Assembly: GCA_003971905.1 (NCBI GenBank)
Contig: RSEE01000001.1
Coordinates: 1,674,001-1,738,000, forward strand
Length of the DNA stretch: 64,000 bases
Source: Moniliella sp. 'wahieum'
Taxonomy: Eukaryota
Direction: 5' to 3'
Position numbers and translations under genes: made by a program. The notes under the pieces were generated by a model. It ran no database searches. It worked only from the letters and a program-made list of their open reading frames with translations, and had not been told where the DNA came from. Below, in pieces: positions 45,396 to 58,087 of this stretch. Within the stretch, counting starts at the first letter, position 1. Each line of letters begins with the position of its first letter.

Positions 45396-46993
45396 GGGGG
45401 GCGGTGGTGGTGGTGGCGGCGGCGGCGGAGGAGATGGGATACGATGGGATGGGACGGATGGGCTGCGTTCAGGCTGGGCGGCGTGCAGGCAAGGGACGCT
45501 GGCAGGGCGATCTGAAATTAGGGATCGAATGCTGCAAGGAGGGCGAGGGCAGAGTGCCGGCCAGTGCCGGCCAGTGCGGGCCAGTGAGGGCACAGTGCAT
45601 GGACGCGACAGGAGAGCGTACGGCCGACACGCGCCGTCGGCTGCCCCCGTGCCGCTGCCCGCTCCCGCCGCCGCCGTGCCGTCCGGCCGCGCACAGCGCT
45701 CCCGGGCCGGGGCAGCGCGCACGGCGGGGGTGTGTGCCCCTATGCGCGCCGGGCACTGGCCGCGTGCGGGGCGCCCGCGCCGTGGCGAGCGCACGCGACA
45801 CTGCTCCCGCGCCCACAGAGCCCGCGGCCGGGCGAAAGACGCAGCGGCGGGAGGGCAGTGTTGGGTGCGGGGAACGGTGAGCGGGGGAGCGGTGAGATCT
45901 CAGACGCAGCTGGGCGTGGCGGAATGCGGCGGTAAGCTGGAAGAGGATCGGATTCCGATCCAGATCCAGACGGCATGCTGGCTCAGCGCTTACTCACGCT
46001 CCCTCAGACTCAGATCCCAGTCCCAGCCGGCCCAGCGCGCCTTCCCATTTGAAATGGCTACTTTCAGCAGTCAGCGCTCGCAATCGAATCGTGCGCAGGG
46101 CGTCAGCGCTGAGGCTCAGCGCTCGCCAGCGCACAATCCGAACCTGAGCCGCGACAGAACGTTCTCTGGCTCGGCTTGGCGCTCAACATTTCATTGCGCT
46201 GCGTGGCAGCCAGGGTGCAGGGTGCACGCACTAGTGACTAGTGACGTCAACATTCCGCATTCAACTTTCAGCTTTGTATGCCAAGCCATTGACTTACCGC
46301 TAACCACTTACCAAGTACCGCTTATCAGCCTCAACCGCAAAACGTCCATCCCAACCCACAGGCCAACGTCGCTCGCCCATCGCACCCGCCTCTCAGCATC
46401 CCACATCTAATCTCAGCGCTGCCAGCCCAGCCTCACCTCACCCCCTTTTCCTGCGCACCCAACACCCCCTCTCCACTCCCCCAACTCCTATTATGCGTTT
46501 CGCATTGTTTTCTCTCGATCCATGTGCCAGTGCCATCGGCCCTCTCCTTTTCTTTTCCCCCTTTCCGCACCAACTCTCGATATCTACGCGCAAAAGGGGG
46601 ATCCGTCCCACGCCCTTGCTTCCTCCTTTTCGCACATCTCCAATCGGCACATCGTATCTTCCCACAGGTCTCCTCTTAGATCGTACTAGACCGTACCGCC
46701 GTCCGTTGTCTCCCATCGTACTCAGCTCGCTGTGTTGCTGAAAGTCGAACCAGACCTCAGCCTGAGGGGCATACGCGCTCAGCCTGAACAAATACTTACC
46801 TACCCTGGCACCCTCATCAAGTTCTACCGCCCAAAGTGCCCCGCTTCATCTCTAAGTTCCATATCGGAGGGTGCAAAGAAAATGTGCAACCCTACTGCAC
46901 CCCCCCACCTGCACGTGACGGCTGGGGGGCTGGCTGCGCCAATCATCGGGCATATGACAGAGTCGCGTCGACGCGTCCCTCCACCCACTTAAA

Positions 46994-47350
46994 ATGCCCC
47001 CTACCCGTACTCCCCGCCGGTGCCCCCATTGCGACACCGACGCTCACACTCGCACACGGTGCCCCTTCAATCCACGCCCACGGTTGTGCCCCCACTGCCG
47101 TCGACCTGGCCACAAGGCTGCCGCGGAGCGGTGTAGCAAGTTGAAACAAGCAATTGCGACTCACGGGCTACCTGGTGGATCCGAGCGAGGAAGAGAAGCC
47201 TTTGGGCGTGAAGCCGAGGCGGCTGCATGCGTGGCAAGGCCGCGTATACGCCGGCTGGAGGGTAGTAACGTGTCTGAAACCTCCGGGGCTCAGAGACGGG
47301 TAGATGCAGTGGAGCGGACAGACACTGCCAGGGCTGAGGCATGGCAGTGA
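46994..47350 (+). CDS. Small protein with two N-terminal CCHC zinc knuckles (may extend to about 47627 across an indel)
   Basis: CPHCDTDAHTRTRC (CX2CX4HX4C) and CPHCRRPGHKAAAERC (CX2CX4HX6C). The ATG lies in TTAAAATG context. Confidence 0.55.
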   Translation: MPPTRTPRRCPHCDTDAHTRTRCPFNPRPRLCPHCRRPGHKAAAERCSKLKQAIATHGLPGGSERGREAFGREAEAAACVARPRIRRLEGSNVSETSGAQRRVDAVERTDTARAEAWQ

Positions 47351-49644
47351 CTTGAAAGGAACCCACGCGACATGCTGTGGTACGGGGAACCGACGCGGCT
47401 GATGGAAGGCTCGCGCGACTGGGCAGATGGAAAGCTGGAGGAGGAGGTTGGATGATGAAGATGATGCAGCCAAGTGGAGACGAGAGGTTGCCTGTATTAC
47501 TGAATCAATTGGCTGGAAACGTTCAGGAGTTGGACAGGAAAGGCGGGAAGGGAACGAGAATGGAAGGTGGGATAAAGGATCCCCACCAATCGAGGATGCT
47601 GACTGTTGGTTGGCCCCATTTTGGTAACCCCCTTCTGTCTAAGCCCCATCGCACAGCGAAGCAGACGAAGCTGCTATAGAGTGCGACTTGGGAGCACTCG
47701 CGATCCTATGGATCAGCTGCAGTGCAGCCTTCAGACAAGGCGTGAAAAGGCAAAGTTCAAGCAACATCTGAATTGAAGGGAAGGAGACAGAGAGAGAGAA
47801 GGGAGAGATGAAGTGAGCAGGGCGCGCGCGCCCTGCGAGCGGAACTCTTCCGCCCGGTTAAGTGATCGTCACTGATCCACCAGAGTCGTGCAAGGGAACC
47901 CCAGCACTACCCTCCAACAGAAGCAAGTGAAGACCAGTGGGAAGGCACTAAGAATGTCATCCGATAGCACTTCCTCGTTTCACATGTCACACCCAACTAA
48001 GGCCCAGGACCCCGCCTCGCATCACCGGCTCCGTCGGGGCAAAGGCCAATCAGTAATCAGGGCTCAGTGTTCGAAGTCCAACGGGCGGTCTACATGCAGC
48101 GCATGTTATTCCCGTCAAACGCGCCCCCGTGCCCACGTCAAGCTCACGTCAAGCTCACGTCAAGCTCACGTCATGCGCGTCAAGCGCGTCAAGTGCGTCA
48201 AGCTTCAAGCTTCGAGCTTCAAGCTTCGAGATGGGTCCGAGGCACGACGGTTACCGGGGTTACCCAGTTACCCAGTTACCGAGTTACCGGTTCCCCCTGT
48301 AATTGATGCTATAGACTGGTGCGACTTGACTTGGGAACATTCGTCCCGATCCTAGGGATCACACTTGCACACAGCTGCAACGCAGCCTTCAAGGTGTGAA
48401 GACATGGCAAAGTGTGAGCCACACGAACTACGTCTTTCCACCAACGTCGGAAGGGAAATGGAAACAGGAAACAGGAGGGAGAGAGGAAGGGGGGGATACA
48501 TGGTGCATGGTGGAGCGAGCACAGGCGGTGCGCAACGTGCGAACGGACCTTTCTCCGCCTGGCCTGGCTAGTAGGCGGGCATAGGGCCGTGCAGGGGAAC
48601 CCTAGCACTACCCTCTCTCTAGCGCTTGGGCCTTGTCGTTTTAATAGCGCAGATTAGCACGGCAGGGAACGTAGGTTAATTTTTGGGTGGCTGGGGCGGG
48701 GTACGGTCGGTGCGGTTGCAGTTGTGCCCACAGCCATCGAGTCATCGACGTCGAGTCATCTAGGCATGGACATGTGTACTGGGGACCAAGGAATCCCACC
48801 GTACAAGTACCAAGTACAACTAAGCCCGATAGAGGCGTTCGGGCGACCGGACGAAAGAGCGGATTAGGTCGACCGTCTATGTCCGCGTATCGCCAAAAAA
48901 ATCCGTCTACGTCCAGGTATCGCCGTGCTTTCCATCCGTGGCTGCGTTGCTCCTTGCTGCGGTGCCCGCTGCCGCGCCACACGCCCTGCCACACACGCCG
49001 CAGTCCACCGAGCCGAGGTGGGGCTATGCGAAGCCGCGAACGGGTTTGAGGAGCTGAGCGGCTGAGCGCTGGCCTCAGCCTCAACATGATGGGCAGAGAG
49101 GAAGTACTAGATAGCTGTAGTGCGTTCCGTTCCGGCACATGTGGGCACGTGGAGCGCGGAGCTCAGAATCCGCGGCTTTCTAGCTGTAGGTCTCCTATCG
49201 ACTATCGTAGATCGCACCCGAAGGGGGAAGCGTTGGAGAGGCTATTAGAGCTCAAATTAGGCTCTCAGAGGGAGGGAGAGGGAAGGGGTTGGCTTCTCCT
49301 GGGTCAGGCGATGGGGACTCCAACAGATTCCTTCAGTGTGGCTGGCGATGCATGCCAGCGATGGCTTGGAGTGAGTGTTTTGAGTGTTTGAGTTGAGGCT
49401 GAGTCCAATGGCGCCCTCGCACGGACGGGGATAAATTGAAGCGCCGAGAGTACGCATTTGGGCTCTCAGACTCAGCTCTGCCTTCCTCCTTTTTTTTCCC
49501 TTATATCACCCTGCACTACCCATATGCCCCCCCCATCGCACACCTGTTCCCCTCCCGTTTGCTCGGCCCAGCAGGCTTTGCCCACGCCTCTTCCTGTTCT
49601 TCCGTGCTGCTACGCGCTGCGTGAACTTGACGACCACACGTACC

Positions 49645-50550
49645 ATGGCCACCACTCCGCCGCCTACGTCCCCCCCAAGGTATGGAAGTGGGACCACACC
49701 CCCGCACCTTACTCTAACATCAATCGTCCCATTGCCGGGCCGACATTCGAAGCCGAGCTCCCTCGTGGCTCGACCAAACTGCAGTTGTACAACATGGGCA
49801 CTTCACCCAACGGGCAGAAAGTGCCTATCCTGCTGGAAGAGTTGATTGACGCGGGCAAGCTTGACAATTACGATGCGTGGTACCTCAACGTGCGCGAGGG
49901 GGTCCAGTTCAGCACAGGCTTTGTCGCGGCCAATCCCAACTCGAAGATCCCCATATTGGTGGACTATGAGTCAAGGGCGAAGGCGAGGGCGAGGGCGAGG
50001 GCGAGGGGTTGCGCGTGTTTGAGTCGTGTTCCATCTTGCTCTACTTGGCAGACAAGTATAACGGGTTTATCCCGACGGACGTGCGTGGGCGCACCGAGAC
50101 GCTCAACTGGCTGTTTTGGCAAGCGAGCACAGGCCCCATCTTTGGCAACTTTGGTCACTTTTATGATTTCTGCACTACCAAACACGAGTATGCTATCAAT
50201 CGCTTTTCCATGGAGGCTAAGCGGTTGCTCGACGTGCTCGATCGCCGCTTGGCACATGTTCCCTATGTCGCTGGGACCGAGTACACCATTGCCGACATGG
50301 CTATCTGGCCTTGGTTTGGCGCGATGGTCCTGGGCAAACTGTATGGCGATTCGGCGGTCTTTTTGGCCGTGAACGAGTACCCGCACGTACAAGAATGGGC
50401 TAAGCGGATCGCAGCCCGCCCAGCGGTCCAACGCGGCTACATGGTTAACCGAGATGTAGGTCCGTTGGAGGGACAGCTGCGCGAACGGCACGACCCTTCG
50501 GACTTTGCGACGAAAACCCAGGATAAGGTGCAAGCGGCCAACGCAGCGTA
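49645..50550 (+). CDS. yghU: YghU-like Nu-class GST / glutathione-dependent disulfide oxidoreductase, copy 1 (intronless)
   Basis: YVPPKVWKW..SNINRPIAGPT...[98 protein letters not shown]. Colinear with E. coli YghU as I recall it. Confidence 0.9.
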
Positions 50551-51118
50551 ACGTCACAGACTTCATATCGAGACAAGAAGTCAGTCCCAGCCTGTTTGAT
50601 GCTCGTATAGCGCCAATTCATGTGTGGATCTCTGTTTCGTGTTTCGTTCTTGCACCCCACAGGCTCGGAATCCGGCGTGCATAGCATCATCTCTGCCCGT
50701 GTCTCTTTTTAGTCGCTTGCCAAGTGGTGGATGGCCGTACGGATGAGGAGGGTGGCACGGTGTCCCTGAGAGTCGCGCCTCATGCCATCGTACTGGTTGG
50801 TCTCTGTGGCATACGAGTGACTGCGGAACAAGGAACCCAGCCCCAACAGACCGAGAACCTCCCCGCAGTTGGCCAGGTGGACCGGTGGGAACGGCCAAAC
50901 CTGCCCGCCTCCCGCTCCAAATAATATGGCTCACGGGGGTATCGGCTCAGCGACCCGCAGATAATCCGCCTTAGCTCCGCTGGGGAGACACTACCATTAA
51001 CCCCGCCATTGACCAGCCCTCTTTGGCTTGGCCTTGTGCCTGCCACCACCACCTTGGCTGCGTGACTACCATCCCCCGCCCGCGCATCGCCGCCGCCCTC
51101 ATCCTCGCCGAGTGGACC

Positions 51119-52027
51119 ATAACCTCTCCCTACGTTCCTCCCCAAGTATGGAAGCAGCCTCCTGTCGACGCGCCCTTTTCCAACATCAACCGCCCAACGG
51201 CCGGAGCAACGTTTGATGCGCCGCTTCCACGGGGCGCGATGCCGTTGCAGCTGTACAACCTTGGCATCTCGCCCAACGGGCAGAAAGTGACCATCCTACT
51301 GGAAGAGTTGATCGAGGTGGGCAAGTTGGACAATTACGATGCGTGGCTGATCAAGGTGCTGGAAGGCGAGCAGTTTAGCACGGCTTCGTCGCGGCCAACC
51401 CGAATGCGAAGATCCCTGTGCTGCTGGACTATAGCGCGGCGGGAAAGATGGCCCGGTAAGCGTGTTCGAGTCGGGATCTATCTTGCTCTACCTGGCAGAC
51501 AAGTACGGTGCCTTCCTTCCCACCGACGTCCGTGGCCGGACCGAAACGCTCAACTGGCTGTTTTGGCAAATGGGCTGTGCGCCCAGTCTGGGCAACCATG
51601 GTCACTTTTACTCGTTTTGCACGACCAATACGAGTACCCGATCAACCGCTTTGCCTTGGAGACCAAGCGTCTGTTCGATGTGCTCGACCAGCGCTTGGGG
51701 GATGCACCCTACGTGGCTGGAACCGAGTACACGATTGCCGACATGGCCATTTGGCCCTGGTTTGGTAACTTGATCCTAGGTCAGCTTTTATTCCGATACC
51801 GACCGCTTCTTACAGTTGGACAATACACCCATGTGTTGGAGTGGGCACGACGGATCCAAGCCCGCCCAGCTGTTCAACGCGGTCGGATCGTCAATTTCAC
51901 CTCCGGACCGCTCGATCACAGTTGCATGAGCGTCACGATCCCAATGACTTTGCCACCAACACAGGACAAGATCCTAGCCGCATCTTCCAAGAAAGATGAT
52001 GAAACCGCCCCTTCCATCGACCAGTAG
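51119..52027 (+). CDS. yghU: YghU-like Nu-class GST, copy 2 (intronless; start reads ATA; indels)
   Basis: [96 protein letters not shown]. Confidence 0.85.
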   Translation: MTSPYVPPQVWKQPPVDAPFSNINRPTAGATFDAPLPRGAMPLQLYNLGISPNGQKVTILLEELIEVGKLDNYDAWLIKVLEGEQFSTASSRPTRMRRSLCCWTIARRERWPGKRVRVGIYLALPGRQVRCLPSHRRPWPDRNAQLAVLANGLCAQSGQPWSLLLVLHDQYEYPINRFALETKRLFDVLDQRLGDAPYVAGTEYTIADMAIWPWFGNLILGQLLFRYRPLLTVGQYTHVLEWARRIQARPAVQRGRIVNFTSGPLDHSCMSVTIPMTLPPTQDKILAASSKKDDETAPSIDQ

Positions 52028-52774
52028 ACCTACCACTCACCCCACTCACCCCGGTTGGGTGGTATATAAATTTCTCTGCCCGCTGGACAATCCAATGGTG
52101 CTTTGGTTTACTGGATCAGTGGACTGTTGGAGCGGCGAGCGCGGACGAGAGGGACACAAGGCATAGTAATCCGACACTGGAGAAGCGCTGGGGGTGAGGT
52201 GTGTGAGGAGGGAGGCGGGCCGAGCCCGCCGGGCTAAGGTTAATCGGTACACTGCTGTCACGCTGGGTTTCTATGACACGCCAGTCAAGGTCATCGAGAA
52301 AAGCCAACGTGCAACAGCCAACGAGCTACAGCCACGCAAAATAACAACTCAGTTGCGATAGTTTATTTCACGGGGTAATGGTTAGAGAAACGATACAGAG
52401 TGAACGCGAGCAGAGCAATAAGCACAAGGGGGAATGAAAGGCACGGAGAAGGCCAAAGGGATGGGGTGGGGTGGGGTAGAGAAAAGAACCAAGAACGGGA
52501 TCGCCCAAGGCAGGTATTCGATTGGCACACTGCACGCTGGTGCACGGTAAATTCTGGGGACACACACTGCTTCAAGCCGAGAGAGGGGAATCCGGGAATC
52601 GGCCGTGCCACAACCAAAGTATAGAGGGGAAAAAAAGAGGAAAGGAAAGAGGGAAGGTGCCAACACTCGCCAAGTAAGCCAAGTAGTCCAATTCTGTTCT
52701 TAGCGGCACTGTACGGTGAGCTCAACCCGACTCTTACTCTTGATCGCACATCGCACATCGCCTCGTTACACTCG

Positions 52775-55028
52775 TTACACAGGCAAAGTGTCCCGTAACG
52801 CATCCAGTTCCAGCAACTCGTGTACGCCAGGCGGGAGACTATCCGACTCGCGCGCGGCCGCTTCCATGACAGCGAGAAAGGCCGGGTCGCGCGCAAAGCG
52901 CGGGACCGAGTCGGCGGCCATCAACTGGAAAATGTGGTCTTGGATTTTCGAGTAGAGGTGCAGCAGTTTGTAACTGCGATGCATGTACCAGTCGTGCCGA
53001 CGAGCCCATTCGCGCCAACACAAGTTTCTTTCGTTCTTCGAGCGAGAGCACCGGCACTTTTTTCCCCATTCGCGTCCCTTCTTCCCCTGACAAACTTAGT
53101 TCCAGCGACGTCATGCTTGCCCCCTCGGTGGCCCCGGCAAGTGGAAGCGGACTCTCGTCCACTAAATCGCGCGCTGAGCGCTCGAGCACTTGCGGTGCCG
53201 TTTTTTGCATGTAGGTCAACAGTTCGGTGCGGAGCGAATGCTCAAGGTTGAGTTCGGCCGGCGCTCCGGGCGCAAGGTAGGTGTTGAAGATGAGAAAGGC
53301 AATGACGATCAAGTCGAGGTGGTGCCGTTCCATAGCCGTCATCGTCGGCTCGTCCACTCGCTCGCTTCGGTCGGGCTCGTGAGGTTCAGAAGGGGTTGAG
53401 GGGGCAGATTTTTGCCCCAGCTAGAAGGGACGAATCGCGGGGTACGGGATGAGGTAGGTTTGTCCGCTTGTCGTTCGGCGTCGAGGGACGTACGGCAGAA
53501 GCAGAAGAGGTGGTGGAGAAGCGACGCTTAAAGTCCTGCACATCCAGATAAAACGATAAGTTTTCTTCGCAAAAGTTACGGCGCAAGTGGTCTTGAACAG
53601 TTGGCACAGAACGGGGTCGGCCAGGATCTGGCGCAATCGGTTACGTGTGCCTTGGTCGCGTGGTAGGGAGACAGTGGTGGGACCAGAACTTGCCCCGGAC
53701 GCTTGGGCTCGTTCGGTAAAGCTGCCGGGCCGGGATCCGGATCCGAGACGAGAAGACATGTCGGATAAGTGTCCGCGGCTGCCGAGGGAATGGGTTGAAC
53801 CCGTATCTTCGTCGGCGGAAGAGCGGGGCTCGTCGGGCGAAGCGGCATTCAGCATGGTTCGTTTGATGGTAGGCAGAGGACCAGCGTGCGAGGTAGCTTG
53901 AGGGGAAGGGCGGCGGTAATGACCTTCCCAGCGAGCCACTTCGCGGCCCCGGTCCGTTAGCGCATAAACCGACTTGTAATGACACCGAAACTCGCCCTCG
54001 GTGATCATGCCACCCACATCGGCACCACGTACCGTGACTTTGTCCGATTCGGTTCGGGCATCCGACCGCGCTCGCGCTGGCCGCGGCTTGTCGACAGCCA
54101 ACTTGATCAGGTCCACCGTTCAAAGTGAGCCAACATCTGCCGCCTCGTCACGGCCACAGACAGTGGTAAAGTCCATGAGCCACTCGGTTGCGCCAATCGC
54201 ATTAAACGCGTGTCGGACCACTCGTACATCTCCGCCCCTCAGCCGTTCTACCACATCCGACATCTCGACTCCCGCGACCGATCAAAGCCCGGATCGGAGG
54301 GAACGTAGTGTTTGACCCATCGAAGCAAAGTGTTCGGGGGAAAACTGAGGGGTGCCATACTGCGCTTCTCGGCAAGGGTAATTGGCTTGTTCCAGCAAAG
54401 CGGCGAAAGAGATAGTCGAGAAGTGGGAGACGGACGTTGATCTCGTCATCGGAAGCACGACGGTCGAGGAAGATAAGGCGGATGGGTGGACGATGGGCCT
54501 TCATGGCTGCCTCGAGGTGATCGGCTGAAATGCCATTGACCGAGAACAAACCGTTCGAGGAGACAGTAGCCCTTGAGAGTGAGGCACCAGATGCCCTTCA
54601 CGGAAACTGTGCATCGAAGGGTCGGCTGCATTGGCAATGAATCGTGCATCAAGAAAGTGTTGGCAGATGCTCTTTGCAATCTCCCGATTCATGGTGAAGG
54701 TGGTAGTGGTAGTGGTGGTGATGACTCGACTGGGCTCGTTGGGATCGGGCTGGCGCGAGGACTGGGGCAAACTTGAGTGCACTCAAGTTGGCCACCGCCT
54801 CGTCGGTGGTGAAGAGTAAGGGTAGATCTTGAAGAGGTCCGATGGGTGATGAGCTGTAGGGAGACGACGAGTGTGGTAAAGAGGTCCTGCAGGTCCTGTG
54901 CAGAGCAAAGGGAATCATCAACACACACAACGGGGGGCGGGGGAGGGTAAACCAACCTTGGAAAATGGGCGGTTGCGTGCGCCCGTCTTCATCACCCGGC
55001 TGGACACGTTGGGTGGGGGGGCGGACAT
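52775..55028 (-). CDS. flbA: Regulator of G-protein signalling with DEP and RGS domains (FlbA/Sst2/Rgs1 family); intron about 54897-54956
   Basis: MKT...RPFSK|DLQDLFTTLVVSL, TTTTTTTFTMNREIAKSICQHFLDARFI, NFCEENLSFYLDV, YLAPGAPAELNLEH, QDHIFQLMAADSVPRF. Confidence 0.88.
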
Positions 55029-58000
55029 GCTGGTGGGGACGGCGATGGATGGTGCGGAGGATGTGGTCGTGAGAAGTACAGATGGGGGTGCTGGCGGTGA
55101 TGCTGGCGGTGGTGCTGGCGGTGGGGATGGTGGGAGTGCGCTTGGGGGGCAGGATGGGCAGAGGGTGTGGATCGGTGGGTGGGGGCGCGGGGCGTCACGA
55201 CGCGGGGCCTCCGCAGCGCCCCAGCCCAGGGCCCAGGAGGGACTCTAATCGGAGCGGGTATACTGGGCTAAGCCTTAGCGCTAAGCCAAGCCAAGCCTTG
55301 CTATTGCGGATGCATGATTGGCCTCGCTGCTTTGAAATTTGACGGCGCAGCCCAAACCAAAACACCCTGCAGGGCCTGATCGATGATCGGCAGCCGCAAG
55401 ACACGGGCGCAGACAGCCGCCGTGGCAGCGCACGACGCAGTCCAGCGTGGCCACGCGAGCCTCAATCGAAGAATCGCTGCTCGGAGCGCTGAGGCTGCAC
55501 TGCTGCATTCCAATGCATGCGGGTGTCCGCCCGGCCCGGCCAAGCCGCAGGAGACCACTGTCCTGCTCCCGACACTGAGTACTGCGGGGCCGGGGGAGCC
55601 GACTGCAGACTGGCACATCGTGAGCCAGGCACGGCGCCGCGCTGCGCCACACGTCGCTTCCGCTCGGAGGCTCCGGGCAGCACAGCAGCGCCCGCGAGCG
55701 CCGCAGCAAGCAGCCGCAGCGCTGCAGTGTCGCCGTGCCCGGCAGGGTTACAGGGCGCAGGTGACGCACCCCAGCCGCTGCGCCACATTCGGACGAATGG
55801 ATGCGCTGGCCTGACTCGCCTGGTGCGGCGCGCTCCGGTGCGACGCAAGGCACGACGCAAGGCACGACGCACGCAGGCCCAAGCCTGCGCCCCTGCGCTG
55901 CCCTCTGCGCGTGTGCTGCCTTCTTTGGAAGGCGGCTCGCTGCCCCTCAGAGTCTGTCTGTCCCTCTCTTCGGCCTCGCCGAGCCATGCCAGGCCATACA
56001 CTACCGGGGACATCCTCACTAGTCACTAGGTCACTCCCGATTACCGGGTACCAGCACCCCTGACCCCCCTCTACATCCACACTGCAACTCCTCTACCGTC
56101 AACGTCATAATGTGTAGTCGACGTCAATTCAACAAGGTCCCGCCGGTTATCGAAATCGATACGAATGTCTTGAGACCCCTGAGGGCCCATTATGTGCATT
56201 ATGTCTATCCTGGATTCCGGATTCAGTATCCTGTCTTCGGGCGTTTCTCCATGCACTGCTATTTTCATCCGCCCAGTGTAAGGGTCGGGCGATACGGTGT
56301 GAGACCAAGTACCAAGAGGTCGAATGGAGACAAGATCGACGAGAAGAGCAGTGAGATCGGTGAGGTCTGGGAATCATTACCTGAATTAGCTAAAGGACCG
56401 TGCACCCACAAAGCACGCCTTGCACGCTCCACGCCTCAGGCTGCCTCAGCTGCGTCTCACCTATATTGGCAGTTTGGGTGCTGCAAGCCACTGCTCGGGT
56501 AACACTGCGACTGTGGCGGAGTGGCATGTGGCAGGTGCAGGTGGCAGGTGCCCTGCCGCTCTCGTCCATGATCTCGATCAATGCTGCGGCGCCCACCCCC
56601 ATCATGCGTCAGCGCGTCTCCCTGTCACACGCCCACCACGGTGTCCAGGACGACGGGACGACGGGACGCGGTTGGGCGTATCATGTTACCCAGGCCATAT
56701 ACCATCGAAACGTTCCAAAAAAGGTTCCAAGAGATAGCCTCCCTCCCTTCCTCTTCTGTTCTTTTCTTCTCCATCCGTCTTCCCTTCTTGCTACCCTGGC
56801 CTCAGGCCTCAGGCTCAGATTCTCAGAGCAGGGAAGGGTGGTGAGCCTCAGCGCTGATCCAAATATACATTGAGTGTATTATGCCAGTCTGCCTGGCAAG
56901 CCGTTCCGTTGGAGCGTCGCCATCGCGCGCTATCGATTATCCATCGTTATCACAGAAAAGAAGAATTCCTCAAGAATCTGGCACCTATCTTTTTCTCTTC
57001 TCCTTCCTGCCCCTAACCCTCAGATCTCACGTCGCTTCCTTTCGTGTCTATATCATGTGTCAAGACTTAAAGTTTGAATGGAGGCAGAGACGCGAGACGC
57101 GAGACGCGTCTTGTTCACACCAGGCTACTCTGACATATCCAACCGTGCCTTTTGCTGCATCTCCCACCCACGAAAGTATAGTATAGCAGGATCTACCACG
57201 TTCATTCGTGTCCACACGCGCTACCTCGGGTACGGACTGGATGGCGAGCACCAGAGGTCCTGATATCCTGGCGATCCCCCCGGTTCTAGCATTGGGGGCG
57301 CTACCAAGTAACACCCGCAAGATCAACGGGTCGTTTAGGCGTAGCGTCTCCCTGTCCGGGCTTAACCTCTGGCAGTGATAGACGCAGTACAGCAAATAAA
57401 GAGGCCAATCACATTAATGTCGCACAGCAGGTCTCAAGACCTTGGCCATCCCCGACTTCTCGTCTCCAAATAGGACCTAGTGGGAGACATTTCCCCTTTT
57501 GTCAATATAAAAGGCGTCTTCTTTACAACGCTGGTCACTTTGACTTGGGCACGGCACGCAGCGCGTTAGCATCGATTGGTTCACATGTAGTGCTCTTCTT
57601 CCCTCCACGTACTGATTTAGGGCGAGTGCGAACCCGGCCAAAATCCGCAACATGTGTTGGCTTGTTCTTAGTGGGGAAGAAGCGCAGTACATTGGATCGG
57701 AAACGCATAGCAAGGAGAGAACGAAAGGGGGGGCGGACAACCGAAATGAGACACGAGACGCATAATTGGAAATTGGAACGACCTTCTCAAGAGCTACAAG
57801 CTTCTGGAGCTGTACAAGCGAGATCACAGTCTCGCTGTCACTTAATGATATAGAGGTCGTGCGATGTTTCGCAGGATTGCTGGGGTAAGGTTCGGGCGAT
57901 GCAAGTAAAAGCCAAGAACCAAAAGGTAGAAAAGAATTCCCGGTAGACCCGGTAGGATCAGAGGACAAAGAAAGGGGAGAGAGAAATCTATGAAAACGAA

Positions 58001-58034
58001 AGGGAAAAATAACTGTGAGAAGAGAGAGACCGTA

Positions 58035-58087
58035 TGTGTGTGCGTGCGTGTGTGCGTGTGCGTGCGTGTGCCTGCGTGTGTGGTGTG
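58035..58087. repeat. Alternating purine-pyrimidine (GT/GC) microsatellite
   Basis: TGTGTGTGCGTGCGTGTGTGCGTGTGCG... read directly. Confidence 0.85.
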
